From an uncultured archaeon (lineage in GTDB: Archaea; Asgardarchaeota; Heimdallarchaeia; Heimdallarchaeales; Heimdallarchaeaceae): a stretch of 64,000 nucleotides of DNA. How positions within the stretch are numbered: the first letter of the stretch is position 1; every line of letters begins with the position of its first letter. Below, piece after piece: positions 20,101 through 30,368 of the stretch. The translations under genes and the position numbers were made by a program. Location: the NCBI GenBank assembly GCA_964534625.1, contig CAZHRF010000007.1, forward strand, positions 32,120 through 96,119, given 5' to 3'. Under the pieces are notes generated by a model. The model had not been told where the DNA came from and made no database searches. It saw only the letters and a program-made list of their open reading frames with translations.

Positions 20101-21542
20101 TGATTATGGTTGTGCTTTAGCATGTGTTGATAATCTTCAACTCTCATAAGAGAAAAGAATGCTCTTTGAACAACTTCACTCAAAGCGGGATGAATATGCA
20201 TACCTCTTTGAATTGGGGCCATTGTTCTATCTTCAGTATACATCAGATTGATAATTTCTTGGATTAAAACAGAAGCTTGAGGACCAACAATATGTGCCCC
20301 TAGGATCTCTCTATTCTTAGCTTTAAAGATGATTTTGACAAAATAGTCTTTAACGTGCATAGCTTCTCCTTTAGCTGTATGCTCGTATTTTTGAAAGCCT
20401 ATTAGAATCTCATCTTTACCATGTTTTTCTATTGCTTCTTGCTCTTTCATACCTACTGAAGCAACTTCTGGGTGGCTGAAAACTGCATGAGGAACAGCGT
20501 GATAGTCAACAGGAACCTTTTTTTTGCCTATAGCATTATAATAGACAATTTGGCTTTCATAATTACCAACGTGTTTTAAAAGATGTTGTCCATTAGCGTC
20601 ACCCATAGCCCAAATATTTGATTTGGATGTTTCTAAATATTCGTTAACCTTAATCCAGCCTTTTTTGTCAAATTCAATATCCGATTTTTCAGGTTCTAAA
20701 ATATCTGAATTGGAAGCTCTTCCTGCTGCTATTAAAACAGATGAACTTTTTTTGTGGATTTTTTCGTTGGTAGCACGATTATTAGCTATGATAACCTTTT
20801 GCCCATTTTCTTCTTTAATTTCCACAACTTCATGGTTGGTTAAGATTTCCAAGTGTTTAGAAAGTTTTTTTTGTGCAACAGCTGAGATTTCTGGTTCTTC
20901 ATCAGGTAAAAACTGTGGATTACGACCTATAATAGTAATCTTGCTCCCCATAGCGGAAAAGAAATGGCCATATTCAGCAGCAATATATCCTCCACCTACA
21001 ATTACTAAACTTTCTGGGAGCTCTGTAAGATCTAAGATTGTTTGACTTGTGTGATACTTCACGTTATCAATATTTTTAATAGGAGGAATATAAGGTTTAG
21101 AACCCGTACAAAGAAAAATCATATCAGATTTAATATATTTTCCATTAACTTCCAAAGTATACGGAGCAATAAATTTAGCTATATACGGATAATAATCAAT
21201 ATTTTCAGCATGGGATAATCCTTGGCGGATGTTTTCGATATCAGAATTAATGATGCTACGCATTCTTTCCATTATGCTGGGAAAGTCAACATGATCAATC
21301 TTGGTTTTGATATGGAGTTCATTAGCTTTTTCAGTAAGTCTTATCAAATCAGCAGGATAGATAAGAAGTTTGGAGGGAATGCATCCCCGTGTTAAACAAA
21401 TACCTCCTGGTTCATCTTTATCAATAACAGCAACTTTTCTATGCTTATTTTGATTTAAAAATGGTTCAACTAAATTCATAGCAGAGCCAGTACCAATAAT
21501 AATGAGATCATATTCTTTGATGTCTTTAGTAGAATTATTCAT
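20097..21542 (-). CDS. Dihydrolipoamide dehydrogenase/mycothione reductase-like flavoprotein disulfide reductase
   Basis: GGICLTRGCIPSK redox-active CxxxxC, VGGGYIAAE, GDANG and HIHPALSE. Confidence 0.92.
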   Translation of the reverse strand: MNNSTKDIKEYDLIIIGTGSAMNLVEPFLNQNKHRKVAVIDKDEPGGICLTRGCIPSKLLIYPADLIRLTEKANELHIKTKIDHVDFPSIMERMRSIINSDIENIRQGLSHAENIDYYPYIAKFIAPYTLEVNGKYIKSDMIFLCTGSKPYIPPIKNIDNVKYHTSQTILDLTELPESLVIVGGGYIAAEYGHFFSAMGSKITIIGRNPQFLPDEEPEISAVAQKKLSKHLEILTNHEVVEIKEENGQKVIIANNRATNEKIHKKSSSVLIAAGRASNSDILEPEKSDIEFDKKGWIKVNEYLETSKSNIWAMGDANGQHLLKHVGNYESQIVYYNAIGKKKVPVDYHAVPHAVFSHPEVASVGMKEQEAIEKHGKDEILIGFQKYEHTAKGEAMHVKDYFVKIIFKAKNREILGAHIVGPQASVLIQEIINLMYTEDRTMAPIQRGMHIHPALSEVVQRAFFSLMRVEDYQHMLKHNHNH

Positions 21543-21643
21543 ATAATAAGAATTTTTTACTAAGTGTTAAATGTTGGTAAGTGTCAACAAAGATATAGAA
21601 TAAAAGGGAAACATTGAATAATGCACAAAATAAATGGTAATCT

Positions 21644-23515
21644 ATGACAAGTGATGATGATTTGTTTAAACGTTATCTGTCAGTAGAGACTGCTGGTGGA
21701 GGGAGATGGCATCCAGATGGAGATAAAATTGTTTTTATTTATGATGGATCTGGTAACTTCCAAGTATATGAAACCCAATGTATACAAGATTTACAAATTT
21801 GGCCAGATAGAAAAACATATTCTGAGGATAGATCAACATGCGCACGATATTTAGATGATGGGACAATTATTTTTACGCGGGACAAAGGCGGAAATGAAAA
21901 TTTTCAACTCTTTGTAATTGATAAAAATGGAAAAGAAAAATGTTTATCCTCTGATGATCAAGCAAAACATTTAATCTATTTTCATAATAAAACTTTTGTC
22001 TATTTTACTGCCAATATAGAAGATAAAACTCGATTTGATGTGTATAGATATCAAATACCTGTTACAGAAAATTCTCCAGAAATGGTCTTTAAACCAAAGA
22101 AACAAGGACTTTATGCACCCCAAATTGTATCAGAAGACAACAAAAGGCTAATCGTATCAGAATATAAAAGCAATAGATCTCAAGAGTTGTTGTTAGTAAA
22201 TACAAAAAACAACGAAGTAAAAAATATAACAAAACCAATAACTGGAGAACAAGAAACAAGATGGGCTGCTGTTAGGTGGATAGATGCTGAACATGTTTTA
22301 GTGCAAACTGACTTTGATAGTGATTTATATAGGCTAGCAATCATTGATCTGGAAGGAAATTTCTATAAAATTGAACAATTAGAGAACTTTAAACAGTATG
22401 AAGTAGAGAAAACTACTTGGTCAACGAACACCCCTTATACCTTCTTTGAATATAATGAGGGTGGCTACAGTTCATTATTTAGAGCAATATTTACCCCTGA
22501 AGGTATAGAAAATATAGAAGAAATATCTTTACCTAAGAAAGGCTTGATTGTTAGTGGCGATGCAAGATCATTTACAACAGGAATGAATTTATCACCTGAT
22601 GGAACTAAATTGATAATAACATTCAGTTCTTCTGAATTACCGACTAATGTTTGGGTAATCGATCTTGAAACTAATGATTATTGGCAAGTTACAAAAACTG
22701 ACACTGCGGGGCTAGATTCAAAAGACTTTGCTGATTCAAAATTAGAAAGTTTTAAGAGTTTTGATGGTATTGAAGTGCCTTACTTTAAATATCTACCAAA
22801 AACTGAAAAAATACAAAATGGCTATCCAACCATATTTGTTGTTCATGGTGGACCAGAATCACAGTATAAACCTGCTTTTTCACCACAAGTGCAATTTTTC
22901 ATTCAAGCAGGATTTGCCATAATAGCTCCTAATATTAGGGGGAGCGCAGGTTACGGAACAACTTATTTAGATCTAGATAATGTTGAAAAAAGGCTAGATT
23001 CAATAAAAGATATTAAATATCTCGCGTTACACTTAAAAGAAAACGATTCGGATGTAAATCCGGAAAAATTCTGTGTCTTTGGCGGTTCTTATGGTGGTTT
23101 TGCTGTGTTATCAGCGATGACTGAACATCCTGAACTCTGGGCAGCTGGAGTAGATATAGTAGGAATATCTAATTTTGTAACTTTCCTAGAAAATACTGCT
23201 TCATGGAGAAGAAAATTACGTGAAGAAGAATATGGCAATCTAGATGAGGATAGAACGATCCTTGAAAGGATAAGTCCGATCAATCAACAGGCAAATATTT
23301 CTGCCCCATTGTTTATTATCCACGGTGATAATGATGAAAGAGTACCTGTATCTGAAACGATTCAGATGTATGAGAAGTTGAAAGAAAAAGGACTTGACGT
23401 TAAGATGTTACGTTTTGATGATGAAGGGCATGGTATAACAAAACTGAGCAATAAAATTAAAGCTTATTCTGAAGTTCTAGACTGGTTAAAGAATATTGTC
23501 AAGGTTAATGAATAA
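21644..23515 (+). CDS. S9 family prolyl oligopeptidase/acylaminoacyl peptidase
   Basis: HGGPE, GGSYGG (Ser), NDERV (Asp) and EGHG (His); beta-propeller-like N-terminus. Confidence 0.93.
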   Translation: MTSDDDLFKRYLSVETAGGGRWHPDGDKIVFIYDGSGNFQVYETQCIQDLQIWPDRKTYSEDRSTCARYLDDGTIIFTRDKGGNENFQLFVIDKNGKEKCLSSDDQAKHLIYFHNKTFVYFTANIEDKTRFDVYRYQIPVTENSPEMVFKPKKQGLYAPQIVSEDNKRLIVSEYKSNRSQELLLVNTKNNEVKNITKPITGEQETRWAAVRWIDAEHVLVQTDFDSDLYRLAIIDLEGNFYKIEQLENFKQYEVEKTTWSTNTPYTFFEYNEGGYSSLFRAIFTPEGIENIEEISLPKKGLIVSGDARSFTTGMNLSPDGTKLIITFSSSELPTNVWVIDLETNDYWQVTKTDTAGLDSKDFADSKLESFKSFDGIEVPYFKYLPKTEKIQNGYPTIFVVHGGPESQYKPAFSPQVQFFIQAGFAIIAPNIRGSAGYGTTYLDLDNVEKRLDSIKDIKYLALHLKENDSDVNPEKFCVFGGSYGGFAVLSAMTEHPELWAAGVDIVGISNFVTFLENTASWRRKLREEEYGNLDEDRTILERISPINQQANISAPLFIIHGDNDERVPVSETIQMYEKLKEKGLDVKMLRFDDEGHGITKLSNKIKAYSEVLDWLKNIVKVNE

Positions 23516-23551
23516 AATCAATACTAAACTAAAAATAGTAATAGATAAACG

Positions 23552-23579
23552 CTTCTTTTCTTTTCTTTTTTTCTTTTTC
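23552..23579 (+). terminator. Oligo-T archaeal terminator after the S9 peptidase gene
   Basis: CTTCTTTTCTTTTCTTTTTTTCTTTTTC pyrimidine tract. Confidence 0.5.
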
Positions 23580-23826
23580 AAGAATATTTTATTACATAGA
23601 ATTACCGACATTAATCCTTTAGTTTATTTTTCGTATCGTTAACTATATATGCAACATCCCATCAAAACATTTAAATGTTATTCGATATATTTATATAGTC
23701 GATAGTGCTTCCCTAAATAGATATGTAGGGTGCATACTGACAGATTGTAAAGGTCTAAATACGGGATACTTTAATTATAAATGTTATTTTCAATCTGTTT
23801 TATGTTATCAAATAGAGTGGTAGTGT

Positions 23827-24765
23827 ATGAGCGGTAATTCAAGGGAATATGGGCAAGAAGAGAAAATTATTTGTCCTGAGTGTGGATCGGAAGATGTAAT
23901 TCAAGATGTGCATAAAGGCGATAAGATATGTAGAAATTGTGGAACAATAGTCGATGATAAAATGATTGACGATGGACCAGAATGGAGGGCGTTTACTTCG
24001 GAAGAGAGGAGTAAAAGGAGCAGGGTGGGAAGTCCAACTTCTATAACAATTCATGACAAGGGATTATCAACACAGATAGGCTGGGAAGATAGGGACGTAT
24101 ATGGGAAAAAGCTTTCTCCCAAGCGTAGGGCACAAATTTATCGATTACGTAAATGGCAAATTCGTACTCGAGTTCACAGTTCGATAGATAGAAATCTAGC
24201 CTATGCAATGTCAGAATTAGATAGGTTATCATCACAATTAGGTCTTCCAAGAAGTGTGAATGAAACCGCAGCTAATATATATCGGAAAGCAATCGAAGAG
24301 CGCCTTATTCGTGGTCGTTCCATTGAAGCTATGATTGGTGCTGTAGCCTATGCGGGAGCTAGAATTCGTCGTGTTCCTCGGACTTTGGATGAAATAGCTC
24401 GTCATTCTCGTATTTCAAAAAAAGAGTTAGGTCGATGTTATAGATTAATTGTTCGAGATCTTAATATAAAAATACCCCTAGCTAATCCAAATGAGTATAT
24501 CGTCCGTTTTGCTGCAGAATTGCGTTTAAGTGGAAAAACAGCACGAAAAGCAGTTGACCTTTTGGATCGAGCTAAAGAACACAATTTAACAGCGGGAAAA
24601 GATCCTACTGGATTAGCTGCAGCTTCTATTTATATAGCAGGTATTACTGAAGGTGAGCGTAGGACACAACGAGAAATAGCTGAAACGGCAACAGTGACAG
24701 AAGTGACGGTAAGAAATCGATACAAAGAATTAGTCAAAAAGTTGGAGATAGAAGTAACGATATAA
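23827..24765 (+). CDS. tfb: Transcription initiation factor IIB
   Basis: CPECG...CRNCG Zn ribbon, GPEWRAF, HDKGLST, two cyclin repeats, VTEVTVRNRYKEL. Confidence 0.98.
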   Translation: MSGNSREYGQEEKIICPECGSEDVIQDVHKGDKICRNCGTIVDDKMIDDGPEWRAFTSEERSKRSRVGSPTSITIHDKGLSTQIGWEDRDVYGKKLSPKRRAQIYRLRKWQIRTRVHSSIDRNLAYAMSELDRLSSQLGLPRSVNETAANIYRKAIEERLIRGRSIEAMIGAVAYAGARIRRVPRTLDEIARHSRISKKELGRCYRLIVRDLNIKIPLANPNEYIVRFAAELRLSGKTARKAVDLLDRAKEHNLTAGKDPTGLAAASIYIAGITEGERRTQREIAETATVTEVTVRNRYKELVKKLEIEVTI

Positions 24766-24916
24766 TTTTTGTGAGAGTGTATAACCCGCTCTTATCTGTT
24801 CTTTGTTTCTTTTTTAAACATTAATCCTCTATCTTAATCTTATTTTCTGTAGTGTTTTAAGTTGACTTTTTTCAAAGAATTTAATAAAGACTATCTCTTT
24901 TTTTTCTTGATGGAAA

Positions 24917-26446
24917 TTGACTGAAGAAAGATTAGTAGATAAACTTGTTGAGGTTTGTCTTAGACGTGGATTTATCAATCCTACTGCGGAAATATATGGT
25001 GGTTTATCTGGTTTTTATGATTATGGACCACTCGGAACTCTAATGAGACAAAAGATTGAAGATTTATGGAGGCAACTTTTTGTTCTTGATGAAGATAACA
25101 TATTTGAGATAAAAGGTTCCCTTATCCTACCTGAAAAGGTTTTTGCCGCTTCTGGACATTTGGATGCTTTTAATGATCCCTTAGTGCAATGTAAGAAATG
25201 TAAATCTATGCATAGGGCTGATACACTTGTTAAAGAGGCATTAAATAAAAATGTTGAAGGATTGTCTTTAGAGGAACAAGATTCAATAATTGCAGAAAAT
25301 GATGTGAAATGTCCAAATTGTAAGGGAGATCTTGAAAAAGCAAGATATTTTAATTTAATGTTTAAAACAGAAGTAGGTCCTACTGAAGGCAATCCAGGAT
25401 ATTTACGACCTGAAACAGCTCAAAACATATTTATCAATTTCAAGCGAATTGTACGGTTTATGCGGAACAAATTACCTTTTGGAATAGCTCAAGTGGGTAG
25501 TTCGTTTAGAAATGAAATCTCTCCTCGAAATTTTGTTATTAGAGTAAGAGAATTCGAACAAATGGAATTAGAGATGTTTTTTAACCCAGAAAAAGCCAAT
25601 GAGAAAGAAAATTTCTACCAAATTGAAGATTTAACAATAAACGTTGTAACAAGAGAAATGCAAGATAAAGGATGGGATAAACCCAAAGAGTTAACGATAA
25701 AAGAAGCAGTAGAATCACAATTTCTTCCTAATCAATATATGGCGTATTATTTAGCCTTAGAATCTGAAATGTTTCAGAGTATGGGGATACCAAAAGAGAA
25801 GTTTTGGTTTAGGCATATGTTACCAAGTGAAACTCCTCACTATAGTGGAGGAAATTATGATTTAGAAGTGGATTTATCAGCAGGACATGTGGAAGTGGTA
25901 GGTAATGCATATAGGCGCGATTATGATTTGTTGAAACACGCCAAGGGGTCTAATTCTTCTTTTGAAGTACCAACACCTAATGGAAAAGTTTTACCCCATG
26001 TAGTAGAACCTTCAATGGGTATAGGGAGAATTCTCTATACAATACTGGAACTGTGTTATCGAGAAGATGAAGGGCGAGACTGGTCGTGGTTCCAATTTCC
26101 ATCAAGCATAGCTCCTATAGAAGTAGCAGTATTTCCATTAATGAAAAAAGATGGTCTAAAAGAAATAGCACAAGATATCCATGTAGAACTTAAGGATGCT
26201 GGATATCTATCTTTCTATGATGAATCTGGAAATATAGGAAGACGGTATGCAAGATCTGATGAAGTGGGTATCCCATATTGCATAACCATCGATTATGATA
26301 CAAAAGAAGAAGAAACTGTTACAATACGAGATAGAGATTCAATGAATCAAATAAGAATATTCGTGGAAGATTTGGAAGTTATCTTGGGTGATCTGATGGA
26401 TGGAACAGTTGCTTTCGAAGAATTAATGGAAGAATATGGGATTTAA
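24917..26446 (+). CDS. glyS: Glycine--tRNA ligase (alpha2, archaeal/eukaryotic type)
   Basis: YDYGPLG, LRPETAQ, FRNEISP, VVEPSMGIGR and IGRRYARSDE. Confidence 0.97.
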   Translation: MTEERLVDKLVEVCLRRGFINPTAEIYGGLSGFYDYGPLGTLMRQKIEDLWRQLFVLDEDNIFEIKGSLILPEKVFAASGHLDAFNDPLVQCKKCKSMHRADTLVKEALNKNVEGLSLEEQDSIIAENDVKCPNCKGDLEKARYFNLMFKTEVGPTEGNPGYLRPETAQNIFINFKRIVRFMRNKLPFGIAQVGSSFRNEISPRNFVIRVREFEQMELEMFFNPEKANEKENFYQIEDLTINVVTREMQDKGWDKPKELTIKEAVESQFLPNQYMAYYLALESEMFQSMGIPKEKFWFRHMLPSETPHYSGGNYDLEVDLSAGHVEVVGNAYRRDYDLLKHAKGSNSSFEVPTPNGKVLPHVVEPSMGIGRILYTILELCYREDEGRDWSWFQFPSSIAPIEVAVFPLMKKDGLKEIAQDIHVELKDAGYLSFYDESGNIGRRYARSDEVGIPYCITIDYDTKEEETVTIRDRDSMNQIRIFVEDLEVILGDLMDGTVAFEELMEEYGI

Positions 26447-26545
26447 TACCCATTCTCAAACTTTTTTCACATTTATCTGCAATTTTGAAAAATAAATCAC
26501 GTAGCAATAGTAAAAATTAATAAGATAAAAACGAGAGTAACAAAC

Positions 26546-26692
26546 ATGACAAAATATATGTGCCAACGATGTAAAAAAGAGATTACCCCAAGTGAATTGA
26601 GATTGTTACCTGGAGTGAAATGTCCAAAGTGCAGTCACAGAATTCTGATTAAGCAAAGATCGCTCATCGCTAAACCAGTAAAAGCAAGATAA
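26546..26692 (+). CDS. rpoP: DNA-directed RNA polymerase subunit P (Rpo12); not in ORF track
   Basis: MTKYMCQRCKKEITPSELRLLPGVKCPKCSHRILIKQRSLIAKPVKAR*, 48 aa, canonical CxxC...CPxC-x-RILxK...AR. Confidence 0.93.
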   Translation: MTKYMCQRCKKEITPSELRLLPGVKCPKCSHRILIKQRSLIAKPVKAR

Positions 26693-26766
26693 CTACTTCG
26701 ATTATATTTCCTTTATTTTAGAGGGAAGCAAGGAGAGGTTTATTGATTAAAAACAAAACATCTCCT

Positions 26767-28353
26767 TTATTTCACAATTTTTCCCAAGACTAGTTTATCA
26801 CTGATAATGTTCACTATTTCTATTTTTAATACTTTTTCACGTAAATCTGTTGAACTTTCGATACTTACAGCTGGACCACCGAAAAGAGGATAAGCGATAT
26901 AAGTATTATCTCGTACTCTATCTTTCTCAGCAACTACCGTGTAAAATTGTTTTCCTACTAATTCCCCTTTCTTTTTCTTGTTAAAAGCAATAATAGTATT
27001 TTTTAATTTACCTCGCTCTTTTTCCATTAAATATCTATCTGAAGGAGAAGGAACATTCAACTTAGTGAAAGGTGAATTAGGAAGAGGAAGATACTTGTAA
27101 ACAGTAATTTTATCTGCTATTGAAGGAAGTTTGTGCTCTATTACCTCCCTTGTTCGACGAAGAGATCTTACAGTCTCACCTGGAAGTGAATGAATAAGAT
27201 AAATTTGAGGTTTTAATTCTGCATTGGATAATAAGCTGGCAGCTCTAATAACAGATTTAGGGTCATCCGGTCTTCCTAAATCTCGACTATGTTTTTGATC
27301 AAAAGTTTCACAACCAACGCTGATAGGAGTGTTAGCTAGATATTTCCCTAGAATTTGTGCTGCTTCAGGAGTAACAAGTGAAGGTTTGACATTTTCTATA
27401 GCAATAGAACATTTGTGTGACTGAGAATCACGAATTTTTGCAAGTGTTGCAAGCAGTTTTTCAATAGCAGAAAGATTGGGTGAAGGAACAGTAGGAGAAT
27501 ATATGGTTTTGTTATCGCCTCGTTTATAATCTAAGAAACCTGGAGCGGAGAGAACTATACGTTTCACTCCTTGAGAAAACAATGATTCAACTTCATCTAG
27601 AATCAATTTGAGAGGACGACTTCTAGGCGGACCAAAAAGTGTAGGGACAGAACAAAATCCACAACCACTAGGTATATCTTCTGGGCATTCATCTGTAGAT
27701 ACGGTTTCAGGACTTTCGCAGTTACCACATTCACTACATCCACCAATTGATTTCACGATATCTCCACGAAAATGATTTGAACACCCTCTAACTACCTCAA
27801 CATAAACTCTAGAAAACCAGTAATCAGGATAATCTCGTATACCAGCTGTATCCGGGAAAAAATGTTCTAAAGGATCAGCAGTAGAGGGATTTTTGATAGA
27901 TGAAAACAAAAATTTATTCTTTATGCGTCGAGTTGTATAATATTCTGTATTAGATAATGAAGCAAAATTAAGTTGTTTTGATAATAAATCTTGAAGAATC
28001 CACTCACCTTCACCTATAACGCCTGCATTAATATCTAAAGAGAAAAGAAGAGAAGAATCTGCAAGAATAGGACCACCAAGAATTATAGGAGCAGAAAAAG
28101 AGCGTAAGATAGCAATAACTTTTTTTACAGCGACTAAATCCACAGACATTGCACTAATTAAAAACCCATCAAAGGAAGATAAAGTGTGACTATGAGAACT
28201 ATTTAATAAATCTTCAACTCGTACAATTATGGGATAGGATTGTGAGGTTTTAACTATACCGGCTAAAAGCTTGGGTCCAGCTCCAATAACATCCCGGGTA
28301 AACAGACGATGACCATCGTTAGCAGCAAGTGCATCAATAATAAGGATATTCAC
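26767..28353 (-). CDS. B12-binding-like radical SAM protein with C-terminal TRAM-like domain
   Basis: ILGGP and GEGE, VEVVRGCSN...GCGFC, SRP and SVGCET motifs. Confidence 0.85.
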   Translation of the reverse strand: MNILIIDALAANDGHRLFTRDVIGAGPKLLAGIVKTSQSYPIIVRVEDLLNSSHSHTLSSFDGFLISAMSVDLVAVKKVIAILRSFSAPIILGGPILADSSLLFSLDINAGVIGEGEWILQDLLSKQLNFASLSNTEYYTTRRIKNKFLFSSIKNPSTADPLEHFFPDTAGIRDYPDYWFSRVYVEVVRGCSNHFRGDIVKSIGGCSECGNCESPETVSTDECPEDIPSGCGFCSVPTLFGPPRSRPLKLILDEVESLFSQGVKRIVLSAPGFLDYKRGDNKTIYSPTVPSPNLSAIEKLLATLAKIRDSQSHKCSIAIENVKPSLVTPEAAQILGKYLANTPISVGCETFDQKHSRDLGRPDDPKSVIRAASLLSNAELKPQIYLIHSLPGETVRSLRRTREVIEHKLPSIADKITVYKYLPLPNSPFTKLNVPSPSDRYLMEKERGKLKNTIIAFNKKKKGELVGKQFYTVVAEKDRVRDNTYIAYPLFGGPAVSIESSTDLREKVLKIEIVNIISDKLVLGKIVK

Positions 28354-28535
28354 AAGAAAAAAAAGAAAACACAGAATAAAAAGATTGGTTTTATCAGTTC
28401 TGTTAAAGTCAGAAAGAAAATAAAACAGCCTAAAATGAAAAAAATGAAATTATGTAAAATATAAAAATAAGAAAAGGATAAAATTAACCCTCAAGAAGGA
28501 AAAATATAAATATCATTAATCGAAGGTTAAAATGA

Positions 28536-28856
28536 ATGGAAGAAGATATTTGTCCTGTATGTACATTACCACGCGATCTTTGTATTTGTCAGGAAATTGC
28601 GAAAGAAGAACAAACAATTTCTGTCAAAATGGAAAAACGCCGTTATGGCAAAGAATATACTGTTATCACTGGGATCGACCCTAAAGATGTTGATTTACGT
28701 ACAACCGCTCGTAAGCTTAAATCTAGACTTGCTTGTGGTGGTACTGCAAAAGAAGGTCGGATTGAGTTGCAAGGAGATCATCGATTTAAAATAAAAGATT
28801 TGCTTGTTAGCATGGGCTTTCCCGAGAATAATATAGAAGTAGAAAGGCCATATTGA
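28536..28856 (+). CDS. sui1: Translation initiation factor SUI1/aIF1 (YciH)
   Basis: [26 protein letters not shown] and IELQGDHR. Confidence 0.96.
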   Translation: MEEDICPVCTLPRDLCICQEIAKEEQTISVKMEKRRYGKEYTVITGIDPKDVDLRTTARKLKSRLACGGTAKEGRIELQGDHRFKIKDLLVSMGFPENNIEVERPY

Positions 28857-29031
28857 TGACGTGATCACATTTTCATACTAAATTTATTGTTTATTATTTC
28901 TCTTTTTTATTTTTTATTTGAATGTCTTCTTGAAAACCCCGTCCTTGAGGGCGGGGATGAAAAGAAGAAAAAACAATACACGTTTTAGCATACAAACATT
29001 TTTGAATAAAAAAAACTAAAACAAGGATGAG

Positions 29032-30019
29032 ATGAAGGTCAACAGAGCATATAAAGTAAGGATATACCCTACTAAAGAACAAGAACAGATGCTCATAAAG
29101 ACCTTCGGGTGTTGTAGGTTCCTCTGGAATAACATGCTAGCGGAACGAAAAGAGATATACGAAAAACTAAAAGACAACAAAGAAGAACTGTACGAGTACA
29201 CCTATAAAACAGAAAAGGAGTATAAACAAGCGTATACGTTCCTGAAAGACGTGGGGAGTAGGGCGTTACAAGAAGAACGAATACACCTAGAACGGGCGTT
29301 CAAAGAGTTTTTCAAAGGAACACGGGGATACCCCAATTTTAAGTCCAAGAAACACCCTCGTCAAAGTTTTACGACCTACAATGTTAACAACAACGTAAAG
29401 ATAGATTTTAAGAAAAAGAAGATTAAAGAACAAGGATAAAGCAAGAATAAGGTTAGCCAGAAAATATGAACGAATAAATAATAAACGGAAGGATTATCTA
29501 CACAAACTCACTACCTGGGTAGCCACCACCTATGATGTCGTTATCATTGAAGACCTCAACCTTACAGGTATACAACAATTTAATGGTGGGATAAGTAAGT
29601 CCATTACGTTAGACTTTTCGTGGGGAGAGTTTGTCCGTTTACTTGCGTATAAACTTGAAGAACGGGGAAAGTATCTTATAAAGGTAGACCGTTTCTTTCC
29701 TTCCAGTAAGCAGTGTTCAACGTGTGGATATATCCACAAACGCTTACGTTTATCTGACCGCACCTGGGTTTGTCCTTCTTGTTCTACTACCCATGATAGG
29801 GATACTAATGCTAGTTATAATTTGTTTGTTGAAGGTTGTCGCCTTCTTACTACTCATCATCATTGTACCGTAGGTACTACGGGAACGTACGCTTGTGGAG
29901 AAGTTGTCATTCCTCTGCGTTTTCTCTATTACCATTTGTTTGGTCATAGTATTCGCTATTCTTTTTCTTTTGAGGTTGCTTCTATGAAACAAGAAACCCC
30001 CTCCTTTAGGGTGGGATAG
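29032..30019 (+). pseudogene. tnpB: TnpB RNA-guided endonuclease pseudogene (deletion + frameshift near 29426)
   Basis: 5' part has HTH_OrfB-like RAYKVRIYPT...FGCCRFLWN and GYPNFKSK. The +1 frame from 29426 gives KNKDKARIRLARKYERINNKRKDYLHKL...IIEDL...SSKQCSTCG...CPSC...DRDTNASYNL. The RuvC-I segment is absent. Confidence 0.9.
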
Positions 30020-30024
30020 TTCAT
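29865..30024 (+). ncRNA. Putative TnpB omega/reRNA scaffold overlapping the tnpB 3' end
   Basis: TACCGTAGGTACTACGGGAA...GCTTGTGGAGA...TCTATGAAACAAGAAACCCC...GTTCA pattern typical of IS605-group right ends. Confidence 0.6.
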
Positions 30025-30068
30025 CTATGCCATTATTTATTAAGTTCCTACTCATTTGTCCTTAGATT

Positions 30069-30329
30069 ATGTCAGATGATAATTATTCGTCTTCGGATCT
30101 CTCAACAGATGATTTAAAAATCAAAATTACTCGTAGGAAAGAATCTGAAATTATTCGTATTTGTCCCAAATGTTTACAACCAGTTAAAGTAGTTGGTTCT
30201 TTTTACGAATTACAAAACAAATACCAATGTACCAATCCAAGTTGTAACTGGGTGGGTTCTGTTATCCTAGAAGTTGATCGGGAAAATTACAAAAAATATT
30301 TAACAGAGTACGAAGAATCAAAGGAATAA
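30069..30329 (+). CDS. Small Zn-ribbon protein
   Basis: CPKC...CTNPSCNWVG. Confidence 0.7.
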   Translation: MSDDNYSSSDLSTDDLKIKITRRKESEIIRICPKCLQPVKVVGSFYELQNKYQCTNPSCNWVGSVILEVDRENYKKYLTEYEESKE

Positions 30330-30368
30330 CAAATCCAAAGCTTTAATATACCAGATTTATTAAAAGAG

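Larger units (their letters stand above)
28923..30024 (+). mobile_element. IS200/IS605 family (IS1341-like, TnpB-only) element, internally deleted
   Basis: Left-end hairpin CCCCGTCC-TTGA-GGGCGGGG (28937-28956) after TTGAA; right-end hairpin 29997-30015 ending TAGTTCA(T); tnpB remnants inside; no tnpA. Confidence 0.88.

Noticed and set aside
29530-30055. Minus-strand ORFs 29530-29763 and 29750-30055, and plus-strand 29822-30019, as separate genes
   Set aside because: The minus-strand ORFs are shadows of tnpB; 29822-30019 is simply the in-frame tail of the tnpB 3' fragment
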